DNA of 64,000 nucleotides from contig NC_089430.1 of assembly GCF_026210795.1 (NCBI RefSeq), forward strand, positions 5,394,001 to 5,458,000. Direction: 5' to 3'. This document shows, in pieces, positions 52,261 to 64,000 of this stretch (position 1 is its first letter; the number at the start of each line of letters is the position of its first letter). The position numbers were made by a program, and so were the translations under genes. The notes beneath the pieces were generated by a model. That model did not search any database. It saw only the letters and a list, made by a program, of their open reading frames with translations, and had not been told where the DNA came from. The DNA is from Rhizophagus irregularis. Taxonomy: Eukaryota.

Positions 52261-55200
52261 TTATTGATTTTTTCGTACAAATACTTTTGCAGGAACATAA
52301 ACTTCATGATTATTTGATGTTAAATCTTTTCCAATTAATGGAAAATAACATAAATCTACATACAAATTTTCATTGTCACTATCATCAAAATTTTCTCCTT
52401 CCATAAATATTTCATCTACTTTGGCATTAAATGGGATCCAAACATATTGTGCAACAGATTCATGAATTTTTAGTCTAAACCAAAATATCTTTATAACCTC
52501 ACGAATTATAGTTGCTGCCAAGTGATCAACTGTAATTTTCTCTTGATCTTTGATAGTACGTAATTCATTTATAGTTTTGTTTAATTTTTCTTTATAAAAA
52601 GTAATGAAAGGATGCTCATATTTAGCATTATTTTTTCCATACATATCAGAAAATCCACAATTATTAAGAATCAAATAGATTTGTTTACGCAATTTTGTTG
52701 ATGCTATACGCATTATTTCATTATTGCCAGTACGATATTTAGAGGCATCAGTTAATAATGTGGATAATGAAGATGCTTGATTAATAATGTTTGATTCAAG
52801 ATGATAATGTTGTCCTGTACTTTGAAAATACTTTGTTGCATAAGAGAATATTGTTTCTATAATGTGACGTTGCAAAACTGCTTGAATAAGTAACAAATTA
52901 TCCTTTTGATTTGTAATTTTAACTGGACATTTGTAAAGCAATAAAAGTTTTTTGATCTCTTCTATATTAACAATAACATCTTGATCTAAATCTGTTATAT
53001 ATTTCTTTAAATTATTATTTAATTTTGAAATATCATTATTAAGATTTATAATATAATTTTGACCAACATCATCTAATTGATAGTTTAATAATTCATCTTT
53101 AAATATATTTTTTTGATATAAACTATTATTAATGGCACCTAAGTCTTTTTCTAGACTTTGTAATTGAATTTCTTTCAATTCCAAAGATTGCTGTAATTGA
53201 TCAATTTGTTGTTCTTGCAACTTTATTTTGCTTTGTTGTTGCTGATCAATATCGCTCATTTTATTTTCTAATTGTTTAATATTTACTAAATATTTATCCT
53301 CAATATTTTTGATATCACTTTTTAAATTTTCAACAATCATTTGATGCTGGATTGTCTCTTCATTGCATTTGTTTGTTAATTCATCATATTTTTCTTGTAA
53401 GTTATCATGCAATAATTTGTATTTATTAAAATTATTATTTAATGTTTGAATTTCTTCTTGAAGTTTATTTTGCATTTGGCTTTCTCTTTGTTCTTGCAAC
53501 TTAATTTTGTTTTGATATTGTTGATTAATATCTTCAATCTGGTTTTCCAATTTCTTGATATCATTATTTAAATTTTCAACAATTATCTGATGTTGATTTG
53601 CCTCTTTACTGTATTTGTTTGTTAAATCATTATAATTTTCTTGCAAATCATTATATAATAGTTTATGGTCATTAAAATTATTATTTAATGTTTGAATTTC
53701 TTCTTGAAGTTTATTTTGCATTTGACTTTCTCTTTGTTCTTGCAACTTGATTTTGTTTTGATATTGTTGATTAATATCATTAATCTGATTTTCTAATTCT
53801 TGAATATTCTTTAAATATTTTTCTTCAGTATCTTTGATATCACTTTTAAGTTTTTCAACAATTATTTGATGTTGATTTGCATCCTCATTGTATTTGTTTG
53901 TTAAATCACCATGTTTTTCTTGCAAGTTTCCATATAACAATTTGTATTCATTCAGATTATTATTTAATGTTTGAATTTCATCTTGAAGTTTATTTTGCAT
54001 TTGACTTTCTCTTTGTTCTTGAAATTTAATTTTGGTTTGATATTGTTGATTAATATCATCAATCTGATTTTCTAATCCTTTGATGTTACTTTCTAGATTT
54101 TTAACAATTATTTGATGATGATTTGCCTCCTCATTATATTTGTTTGTTAAATCATCATATTTTTCTTGCAAGTTTTCATATAACGATTTGTATTTATTAA
54201 GATTATTATTTAATGTTTGAATTTCATCTTGAAGTTTATTTTGCATTTGACTTTCTCTTTGTTCTTGTAACTTAATTCTGGTTTGATGTAGTTGATTAAT
54301 ATCTTCAATATGGGTTTCCAATCCTTCAATATCATTTTTTAAATTTTCAACAGTTATTTGATGTTGATTCGCCTCTTCATTGTATTTGTTTGTTAAATCA
54401 TTATAATCTTCTTGAAGTTTTTTCTTTTCTTCATCAAGTCTTTTAATAGTTTGTGATAAATGAAACTGTATATTCTCAATAATATTATCATTGTCACTCA
54501 TATTAACTGAATTAACGTTATTTAGAAGGATTTTAAAAAAAAATACTCTTAGAATTTCTTTTTTAAAAAATAAAATTATTAAAATAAATAAAATTCTTAC
54601 CATAATTCTGACCATATAGAACAGCTAATAAAAAAGTAAAATTTTAACGTCATATATAATTTATGATAAAAAAAAAAGAAAAAGTTTTTTATGTTTCTTA
54701 CCTCCTCTCATTATAGCACTTTCGGGATGAAGTGGTACAGAAATAAATTGAACTCTTTTATTAAATGTTTCTCCAATTCTTAATTGAAAATAAATTGATT
54801 TTGCAAATTTACCAACCAATGATAAAGCAAAACAATCATTATTACGTAAGTGTAATTGAGAATCAATTAGTTGTATAGTCCTTTCTATAACAGGATCAAC
54901 CATTGCTTTAACATCTTCAAATTCTAATTTGATACGCCAATCATCTCTAACCATATTATCATGATATTCTCCTTCACAATATTCTGTTATAGAAGGACAA
55001 TGTTCTATAAAAAAAATTATACATATCATAAATTTATTATTTTTCTTTTTAAGAAAATAACTCGTCAATATATTACCTTTCAAATCAAATTCAATAAGAC
55101 TAGATTCTGATTGAGTTCCGGTAAATTCCGTCAAGAAAGATTTAATAGCACTTTGTAAATATTGGAGTTGTTGTGGCTGATGCTTTCTAAGAAGACTAAC

Positions 55201-56295
55201 CGCAGATGATCCAATTTTTTGTTCTAAAAATTTAAGTAATTCTTGTTCTACGGCACAATTATCTTCAATTTGTTCCAATACTACACTTAATTTTTCATCT
55301 ATTAATAGCATCCTTGTTGTTAAATTTATTGTACTATCACCACATTCTACTACCATAAATTTTTCTAACAAAATAAAATATTATTAGAATAAATTCTAAA
55401 TTATTTAAAAATTATTTGTACTCCATCTTTACTTACCTCCAGCTGATAAATTACACTTCCTCAAATATTTAATACAAAAAAGGGCAGTAGCTTCAGCTTT
55501 TAAAAAATGAAATATTTCATAAATATCAAACACGTAATTATAAAATAATAAATACACTTTATAATACATACATTCTGTTATAAGTTTAAAGTTCTGACTA
55601 TAACAATCATTCAATAATCCTGCTTTAAAAGCATATTCTCTCATATCCCAAGTTGAGATTTTATAATTATCCGGAATCTGTTTTTTTTTAAAAAAAAAAA
55701 TTGTTTTATAATCAAATTTTAAAGCAAAATTCACAAAATATTGAAAATTATTTACCGTTAAGATAATAAGAACTTGATTATAAAAATCTATTGATTCCCA
55801 ACGCCTACATATCTTTTCTTTCACGATTTTGCTCAATTCATGGAGATAATCAGAAATAGCCTTTTCACGGGGTAAAGGAGGTTTATTTTCCATTTCTCCT
55901 AAAAGAAATTTAAATAATTCAACATGACTACTTTCTAACGCTGGATATCCCCATGATTGCACATTTTCATATTCATCATCGTATGATAATACTGTTGGGA
56001 CTCTAATGGTTCTCAGACGTTCGCTCCACTGATTATAAAAAGAAATGTCTTCCGTTGAAGATATATTTGCATATCCAAACCCCTTAAAATAAGAAAAAAA
56101 AATTTAAGAATTTGAGAGAGAGTAAATTTGAAAGAGTAAAATTATGACAAATAAAATAAATTATACAGAATGTGTGGCTCCGAATTCTAAAGTTCATTAT
56201 GAAAAATTTTATGTCAAATAATACCATAATAAATAAATAGACACAAATAAATGTATTAACTTACCGATACCAACTATAACACGACAATCATACAT
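52261..56295 (-). CDS. HSP70-like (HSPA12-type) actin-fold domain + repeat coiled coil + conserved C-terminal domain, copy A
   Basis: Exons ~56295-56265, 56186-56167, 56082-55756, 55677-55572, 55497-55437, 55365-55077, 55005-54702, 54624-54601, ~54507-52261. Motifs VGIEFGATHSGFGY, VPTVLSYD, SWGY, VECGDSTINLT, LVGKF, AIMRGAV. Five 82-93-aa coiled-coil repeats. Confidence 0.85.
53330..54410 (-). repeat. Coding tandem repeat (246/246/279/246-bp periods)
   Basis: DLTNKYNEEANQHQIxVENL recurs five times in the 52261-54615 ORF. Confidence 0.9.
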
Positions 56296-57910
56296 ATTTT
56301 GGCAGAAAAGTAGTATAATAATAAGAATTATAAATTATTTATTCGTTTTTTTTTAAAAAAAAAAAATTTTTCTAGAAAACCTTAAAATGATGATCTTTCT
56401 TTTTTTGATTTATTTATGGATGGTGTGAAAAAAAAATCACTGCATTAATTATCACATACCGTATTGTACGATAGTTTATTTAAATTATACATATATGTGA
56501 TAAATAATACGGTGATTAAAAAAAATTTGGTGAAATTTAGATAAATTGATTTGAATTGTTCAAAATATAACACGTCTTCGTCAAATTATTACGGAAGAAT
56601 TATGTCATGTTAATCATGTTATGGTTGATCGGTAGATTGATGCAATGAACGTCGATCAATTTCGTTGGCTATGTTACGATTTTTTCGCTGAATGATTTGA
56701 TCACGTTATTCTATCATGAATGTTGATCATTTTTACTGACGATATCATGATATCATACTGAATTATAATAAATTTAAATAATTTTATTCATGATCCAGAA
56801 TTTGTACACAATTTACTATATGGTTAAGTTCATTGATCCTGGTGTGAGTCGCTAGTATTCTGATAAAGAAAAAAATATGTGTTATTTAATGTTATAAATG
56901 TCGTACGGTAAAATGTCGCATTAATATCGTTTTTTAAAAATACCAAAATTTTTTATTATGTAATTTAGGTGTGGTTAAAATAGCAGACGCACTCTGAAGA
57001 AAACTACATTCATTATTTGGGTAAATTATCGGTGTTTTTATTGGATCTTACTAATTAATTCAATGTTTGGTCAATAGAAATTTTTTATAATTCTTATAAT
57101 TTCTAATAATTGATGTTGTTTAGCTTGGAGTTAAAATAAAGAGTATTGCCATAATATTAATACCTTTTTATTATTTTAAAATATTAATATTTATCTGTTC
57201 CAGTAAATATATTAATGACTTTAGCACTTAACATTAAAATACTATTTTTAAAGAAGCACAATATTTTAACGGAATGTTTCTGTTAACTTTAAATTTAAAA
57301 TCTCTAGGACTGGTCCGTCTATGACTCTATGAACTTTAAAACATGGAAGATTACCAGATTCATTATTTAACACTAGAACGTTTGTTATATGAATATTAAA
57401 AAAAATCATTAATTTAGAATTTTAACGATGGCAAACTCTTTTTCTCAATTAAGACGCATTGTGTAAAGCGTTTGAGAATCTTTGGACGGAAGTATATTTA
57501 CAGCATGGTTTTAAAAAAAATTGTAGTTGACAATTTCTTAAATTTCAAGCCAATTAATGATTCATAGTGTATAGAGAATCTAAATTTATAACACCATATA
57601 AAAATTTGGCTGGAATCATGAAAATTCTATAACTATTGATGATCGACATCATGATTTTTGAAATTAACCGTCTTGAGTCTTGACAATCAGTAAGCCAACC
57701 AAATTTTAGCATTTTATATCAAAATACCTGTTCTTTAATATATCAATATTTTACTTAATTTTACAATTATTAGACTTTACATAATGACTGAAATATTCAA
57801 TTTTTTCTAAACACCATTTTATTATAAATGTAAAATATTGACTATATTTAACTATCTATGAATTTATAAAATTGATTTATCCTATTTAAACTAAATAGAC
57901 TCATCTAAAT

Positions 57911-60900
57911 TTATTTAATATTATTGAATTTGTCGTTGGTTTTTCGTACGAAGACTTTTGCAGGAACATAAACTTCATGATTATCTGATGTTAAATCTCT
58001 TCCAATTAAGGGAAAATAACATAAATCAACATACAAATTTTCGTTGTCATTATCATCAATATTTTCTCCTTTCATAAATGTTTCATTTACTTTGGCATTA
58101 TATGGAATCCAAACATATTGTACAACAGATTCGTGAATTTTTAGTCTAAACCAAAATATCTTTATAACCTCACGAATTATAGTTGCTGCTAAGTTTTCAA
58201 CTGTAATTTTCTCTTGATCTTTGATAGTACGTAATTCATTCATAGTTTTACTTAATTTTTCTTTATAAAAAGTAATGAAAGGATGCTCATATGTAGTTTT
58301 ACTTTTTCCATGTATATCAGAAAATCCACAATTATTAAGAATCGAATAGATTTGTTTACGCAATTTTGTTGATGCGATATGCATTATTCCATCATTTCCA
58401 GTACGATATTTAGAAGCATCAGTTAATAATGTGGATAACAAAGATGCTTGATTAATAATATCTGATTCAAGATGATAATGTTGTCCTGTACTTTGAAAAT
58501 ACTTTGTCGCATAAGAGAATATTGTTTCTATAATGTGACGTTGCAAAACTGCTTGAATAAGTAACAAATCATCCTTTTGATTTGTAATTTTAACTGGGCA
58601 TTTATAAAGCAATAAAAGTTTTCTGATTTCTTCTACATTAACAATAACATCTTGTTTTAAATTTGTGATATATTTCTTTAAATTGTCGTTTAATTTCGAG
58701 ATATCATTATTTAACTCCATACCATAATTCTGAGCAACATCTTCTAATCTATAATTTGATAATTCATCTTCGAATGAAGTACTTTCTAACTGGTTTATCA
58801 AATTGGTATTCCTTTGATATAAGTAATCATTTTCAGCATCTAATTCTTTCTTTTCCTTTTCTAAACTTTGTAATTGAATTTCTTTCAATTTTAAAGATTG
58901 TTGTAATTGATCAATTTCTTGTTCTTGCAACTTGTTCTTATTTTGATGTTGAATTATATCCTTATTCTCATTTTCTAATTTCTGAATATACTTTAAATAT
59001 TTATCTTCAATTCCTTTAATTTCAATTTTAAAATTTTCAGTAATTATTTGATGCTGGTTTGTCTCTTCATTGTATTTGTTCGTTAAATCATCATATTTTT
59101 TTTGTAAGTTATCATACAATGATTTGTATTTATTAAAATCATTATTTGATGCTTGAATTTCTTCTGGAAGTTTATTTTGCATTTGACTTTCTCTTTGTTC
59201 TTGCAACTTGATTTTGTTTTGATATTGTTGATTAATATCATTAATCTGATTTTCTAAGTGTTGAATATTCTCCGAATGTTTTTCTTCGATTTCTTTAATT
59301 TCAGTTTTTAAATTTTCAACAATTATTTGATGTTGGTTTGCTTTTTCATTGTACTTGTTTGTTAAATCATTGTTTTCTTCTTCCAATTTTTTAATAGTTG
59401 TTGATAATATTTGAAACTGTTTATAACTAATATTCGTATTATCTGAATTAATCATTATTATTTAAAAGGATTTTTATTAAAGAAAAGTGTTCCCAAAATT
59501 TCTTTTTTAAAGTGAACGAATAAATAAATAAATCTCACCATAGGTTAAATCTAAACCATATTGAACAGCTAACAAAAGAGTAAAATTTTAGCATTATGAG
59601 TTTTGATTAAAAAAAAAGGTTTTTATGTACTTACCCCCTTTTATTATAGGTACTTCATTTTGTGGTATATGAAAAATATGTTGCACTCTTCTACAAAATG
59701 TTTCTTTAATCCTTAACTGTAAATATCCTGAGTTTGCAAATTTGCCAACAAATATTAAAGCAAAACAATCATTATTACATAAATTTAATTGGGAATAAAT
59801 TAGTTGTATAATCTTTTCTATAATGGGATCTAACATTGCTTTAACATCATCTAACTTTAATTCGATAACCCATTCATTTTTAATCATATTATCGCGATAT
59901 TTTCCTTTACAATATTGCATTAAATCTGAACAATATTCTAAAAAATATATTATAAAATATATAATGCACAGTAAGTAGCTAGTCCAAATAATTTGGATTG
60001 AACAAATTATTTTTTTTTTTTAAGGAAATACTCTACCTTCCAAATCAAGTGAAGAAATAGTAAATTTGGATTGATCTCCAGTAAATGGAATTAAAAATTC
60101 ACGTTCAAAAACACTTTGCAAATATTGTAGTTGTGGTTTATGTCTTTTAGAAAAAAGATTAATTGCAGATGAACCAATTTTATGTTCTATAAATTTTAGA
60201 AATTCTTGATATACAAAACTGCCACCACAATTATCTTCAGCTTTTTCTAATATTACACTCAGTATTTCATCTATCAAAAGCATCCTTGTTGTTAAATTTA
60301 CTTTATCATCACCACATTCAACTACAATAAATTTTTCTAATAAAATAAAATGTGATTAGAATAATTTTTGCATTATTTAAAAGTTATGTGGACTTTTAAT
60401 TTACCTCCAACTGATATATTATGTGTCTTCAAATTTTCCATACAAAAAAGAGCAGTAGCTTCGGCTTTTAAAAAATGAAATCTGTTATGAGAAATATGTA
60501 ATTATCACATAATAATATCATTACATAATACATACATTCTGTTATAACTTTCAAGTTCTGACTATATCGATCATTCAATAATCCTGCTTTAAAAGCACAT
60601 TCTCTCATAGTCCAAATCGAAATTTTATAATTATCAGGAACCTTTATTTATTTATTTATTTATTTTTAAAAAAACTACTTTATAATCAAATTTCACAGTA
60701 AATTCATAAAATATTAAAATTATTTACCGTTAAGATAATAAGAACATCTTCATGTAAATCTACATATATTTCTTTTTTTACAACGCTGCCTAATCCATGG
60801 AGATAATCAGAAATAGCCTTTTCATGGGTTAAAGGAGGTTCATTTTTCATTTTTCCTAAAAGTAACTTAAATAATTCAACAGGCTTTCTTATGGGACTTT

Positions 60901-61275
60901 TAATTTTAACTTTTCTTATCGGCTTTTCCGCTAATGCTTCATATCCCCATGATCGCACATTCTTATATTCATCATCATATGACAATACTGTTGGAACTTT
61001 AAATTTACCGGAACAATCCGGCCAATCACAATTAACGTGCACATCTTTGTTTGCCGTATGTGCATATCCAAACCCCTTAAAATAAGAATAAATTATAAAT
61101 TTTTGAGAGTAAAGTATTTAAGAGAGTAAAAATATAACAGAAAAAATTTACATACAGAATGCGTGGTTCCAAATTCTAAATTTTATTGTGAAAAATTTAT
61201 CAGTCAAATAATAACAAAATAGACATAAATAAATATATTCTTACCAATACCAACAACAACACAACAATTATACAT
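57911..61275 (-). CDS. HSP70-like domain + coiled coil + conserved C-terminal domain, copy B (tandem paralog)
   Basis: Same exon plan as copy A. Motifs VGIEFGTTHSGFGY, KVPTVLSYD, VECGDDKVNLT, FVGKF. Two coiled-coil repeats. The C-terminal ~270 aa are highly similar to copy A. Confidence 0.85.
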
Positions 61276-61674
61276 GTTTTATCAGTAGAATGATTTTATT
61301 CATTCATTCAAATTTTTTATTTAAGAAAACTTCAAAATGATAATGATTTTATGGGTCGTGTGAAAAAAATAAAAGTTCACTGCATTAATTGTCACATACC
61401 ATATTGTTTAAAATTATGTATTAGTGTGATAAATAGTTGATAGATTATTAATTGTCTTAATGCATTATCAATGGATAATCTTTATTTTTTTGCATATTTA
61501 TTATTATTTCAAAGAAACCTTTTTTGAATTACTAACTATATGTGACGTTTTTTCCGAAATTTAATCGGGATATAATTTACCCAGATAGATATACGCCGGC
61601 GAAAGTGGTACTACCAATACTAACCATAGGGAGTTTGCTATATACAATGCTGATTTTACATATGTTATTTAGAA

Positions 61675-61957
61675 CAGTGTTCGGCAAATGACTTGAAATG
61701 ACCAAATGATTCAAATGACAAATGACAAATGACATGTCATTTCAATGCTCAAATGACAAATGACCTTAGTCATTTGAATGTAATTTTGGCCAGCACTATA
61801 ATTTTTGCCTACACTACATTTCTTATTTTTTAATTATAGTCACATGATTATTTATGTGATAAATATTAGCCAATCAATATCAAATGATTGAAATGACCAA
61901 ATGACAAATGATTATGAATAATGACAAGTCAAATGACCAGGTCATTTCCGAACACTG
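61675..61957. mobile_element. hAT-type MITE (283 bp)
   Basis: TIR cagtgttcgg(c)aaatgac / gtcatttccgaacactg. 8-bp TSD atttagaa at 61667-61674 and 61958-61965. Many AAATGAC subterminal repeats. Confidence 0.92.
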
Positions 61958-62481
61958 ATTTAGAAGGGTGTACTTTACATCATAAATATTTATAAGTTGC
62001 TAATGACATTTTCAAAAGTCAGCGACATATATAATGCATGATGTACTGAGCCTAAAAACTCCTTATTGGCTAAACCAAATATTAATTTACGTAGAAATAA
62101 CAATTTAAATCTTTATGAATTTTATAGTAATGATATTAATTATATACAATGAAAATAAAAAGAAAGAAATTTTTTTAAGGTATTGAAAATTTGAATTATG
62201 ATCAAAGAGTATTATTGAAATAAAATACTGAGTTTATTTATTTTTAATTTATGAAAATTTATTCTATTTTTAAACAAATGATATGACTTCGATCAATTTA
62301 TTATTTTACATGATCGAAGAATATCACAATTTCGCCTCAGTATCGACCTTATCGAACTGATTTTACCACTTTGAGAAACGAAACGCCTCAAAGATCAGTA
62401 AACAATTTCCTACATGATCCAATAATGAACACACGTTAAGGATGGTTACAGTCTACTGAAATTTTTTTGATATTGCATATA

Positions 62482-63066
62482 CACTACTTGGACAAAAGTA
62501 ACGGGAATTCGTATTTATTAATTACTTGAAAATGTACATAATAATAATACCTGAAATTTTTATATGTGATGACGTAGACAATGCAGAATATATATTCAAA
62601 ATTTCATTATTCTAGCATTCATACAACTACATTAATTAAAGAAAACTCAGAAAGAAATTTTAATAATTATCTATATATTATATAATAAAAATAAACAAAT
62701 AGTCTGATACTGTCAGTTTATTTGGAATTATACATAATAATGATACCAGAAATTTTAATATGTGGCAGTACAGGTTCTTAATTAATATATATACATCAAA
62801 TTACTTTTTTCTAGTTTTTGTTTTTATATGGATTGTATAAAAAATTGAAAGAAAATTAAATTTTAAAAACAATAATACTGTTGCTAATTACTAAATTTCT
62901 TTTTTTAATTAACATAGTTGTATGAAGGCTAGAACTATGAAATTTTGAATATATATTCTTTATTATCTATGTTATTACATATTAAAATTTCAAGTATTAT
63001 TAATATGTATGTTTTTGAGTAATTAATAAAATATGATGAATTCCCGCTACTTTTGTCCAAGTAGTG
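62482..63066. mobile_element. Tc1/mariner-type MITE
   Basis: TIR cactacttggacaaaagta(a/g)cgggaattc, extending imperfectly to ~80 bp. Flanked by TA on both sides. Confidence 0.9.
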
Positions 63067-63619
63067 TATTTCTTATTTCTGGAAGGACTGAGGACGAATA
63101 TATATTGTAAACTGTGTATGTGATAAGCAAAGGAAACTGTTTGATTAATGATGACAGTTCTTTAAATCAAGATATTTCTTTAAGTGTTTTCCATTTTTTT
63201 ACGTAATACAGAAAGATATTCAATGTATGAGTTTAACAAGCAAATTATATTCATTGTACTTTTATCACGCTCTATATTTTAAACTTTTTAATCATTATTT
63301 ATTTAATCAAATAATTATGACATAAAATTCTACCTAACGTCATTCCTATCACTTTTATCATAAAAAAAAATGCCATTCAAATAAATAAATAAAGCAAAAA
63401 AAAAAACAATTCAATCCACCTTGTTTTAAGAAATCTAATGCTGAAAAGAATTTTTTTTAAAATTATAATGACCATTTTTCTTCTGTAAAAAAAAAATTGT
63501 CAACCGATCGGGTACTCATTCATACAAATATTTTTATTTTTTAAGATTTATACAGAAAAAAATAAATAAATAATTCATTTTTCGAAGAAACTACTTTATT
63601 CCATTCTATTTATGATAAG

Positions 63620-63990
63620 TTTACAAAGTAAAAAGAATTTTTTTTTTTGTTAATACTTTAAAAAGGCGTTAAATTATATTGAGTTGTGGGTCTTTTAAAT
63701 GTTTTTTTTTTTGTGTTTTGTTTTTATTAATTCATCTTTAGAAATTTTAACTAGAGACTCGAGTTAATAATAAGTTTTATACGGAATAGTTTTTTCTTTG
63801 TGTTTCTTTGTTATTATTAATGTAACTTTCTTATTTTTTTTTTAAGAACGTATCAACTTGTAAGTCAAACGAATAATTCGAGTCGACGTATTGACTTATG
63901 ATTCGTTACATATGTTGATCGAATCCCGACTCTTTGATTTTGTTGATGCATTAATATTTTGTCAATAGCAATAAAGACTTTATCAAACAA
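63620..63990 (+). repeat. Dispersed non-coding element, copy 4 of 4
   Basis: Contains gagttgtgggtctttta, aattttaactagagactcgag, ttatacggaat and ttcgagtcgacgtattgactt, shared with the other copies. Confidence 0.8.
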
Positions 63991-64000
63991 TTGCCTTCTT

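Noticed and set aside
52261..54615. 784-aa ORF as a stand-alone gene with a signal peptide (MVRIMVRILFILIILFF)
   Set aside because: The hydrophobic start is read-through of an intron (donor at 54600). The ORF is better explained as the last exon of the HSP70-like gene.
55981..56082. Suspected frameshift in exon 3 of HSP70-like copy A
   Set aside because: Careful reading gives an open frame (GFGYANISSTEDISFYNQWSERLRTIRVPTVLSYD).
62482..63066. CACTA superfamily call because the TIR begins CACTA
   Set aside because: Flanks are TA...TA with no 3-bp TSD, and the TIR is long, which fits Tc1/mariner better.
1..64000. tRNA, rRNA or self-cleaving ribozyme genes
   Set aside because: No cloverleaf or rRNA signature seen by eye. 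The CTGATGA/CTGACGA hits I examined lack a paired GAAA core. A covariance-model scan was not possible.

Overview
Very AT-rich eukaryotic DNA with short GT-AG introns (about 65-115 nt). The gene content points to an arbuscular mycorrhizal fungus (Glomeromycotina, Rhizophagus-like); this assignment is an inference from the gene families. Genes that look intact: a secreted, GPI-anchored His1 copper protein of the X325/Bim1 type (11149-11921); a TKL kinase-Sel1 gene (18437-20674); a TRP-like cation channel (21692-25843, minus); a ~1380-aa kinase whose catalytic domain is preceded by seven degenerate kinase N-lobe modules built from phase-0 exons (31197-35951); an F-box/LRR gene; and two tandem genes fusing a motif-degenerate HSP70-like domain, a repeat coiled coil and a GrpE/MIEAP-like C-terminal domain (52261-56295, 57911-61275). 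Damaged genes: two Crinkler-like P-loop genes in an inverted segmental duplication, a frameshifted second kinase-Sel1 gene, a VLIG-like GTPase relic split by a nested transposon stack, and a hAT transposase relic. Also present: several MITEs with verifiable TIRs/TSDs, 5'-truncated retroposon inserts, transposon-borne arrays of micro-exons or splice acceptors, and a four-copy diverged non-coding element. No rRNA, tRNA or CRISPR array was found. The strongest candidates for something new are the exon-modular N-lobe-array kinase with a hypervariable loop, the pseudo-HSP70/coiled-coil/GrpE-like fusion, and an element bounded by palindromic recombination-site-like ends.
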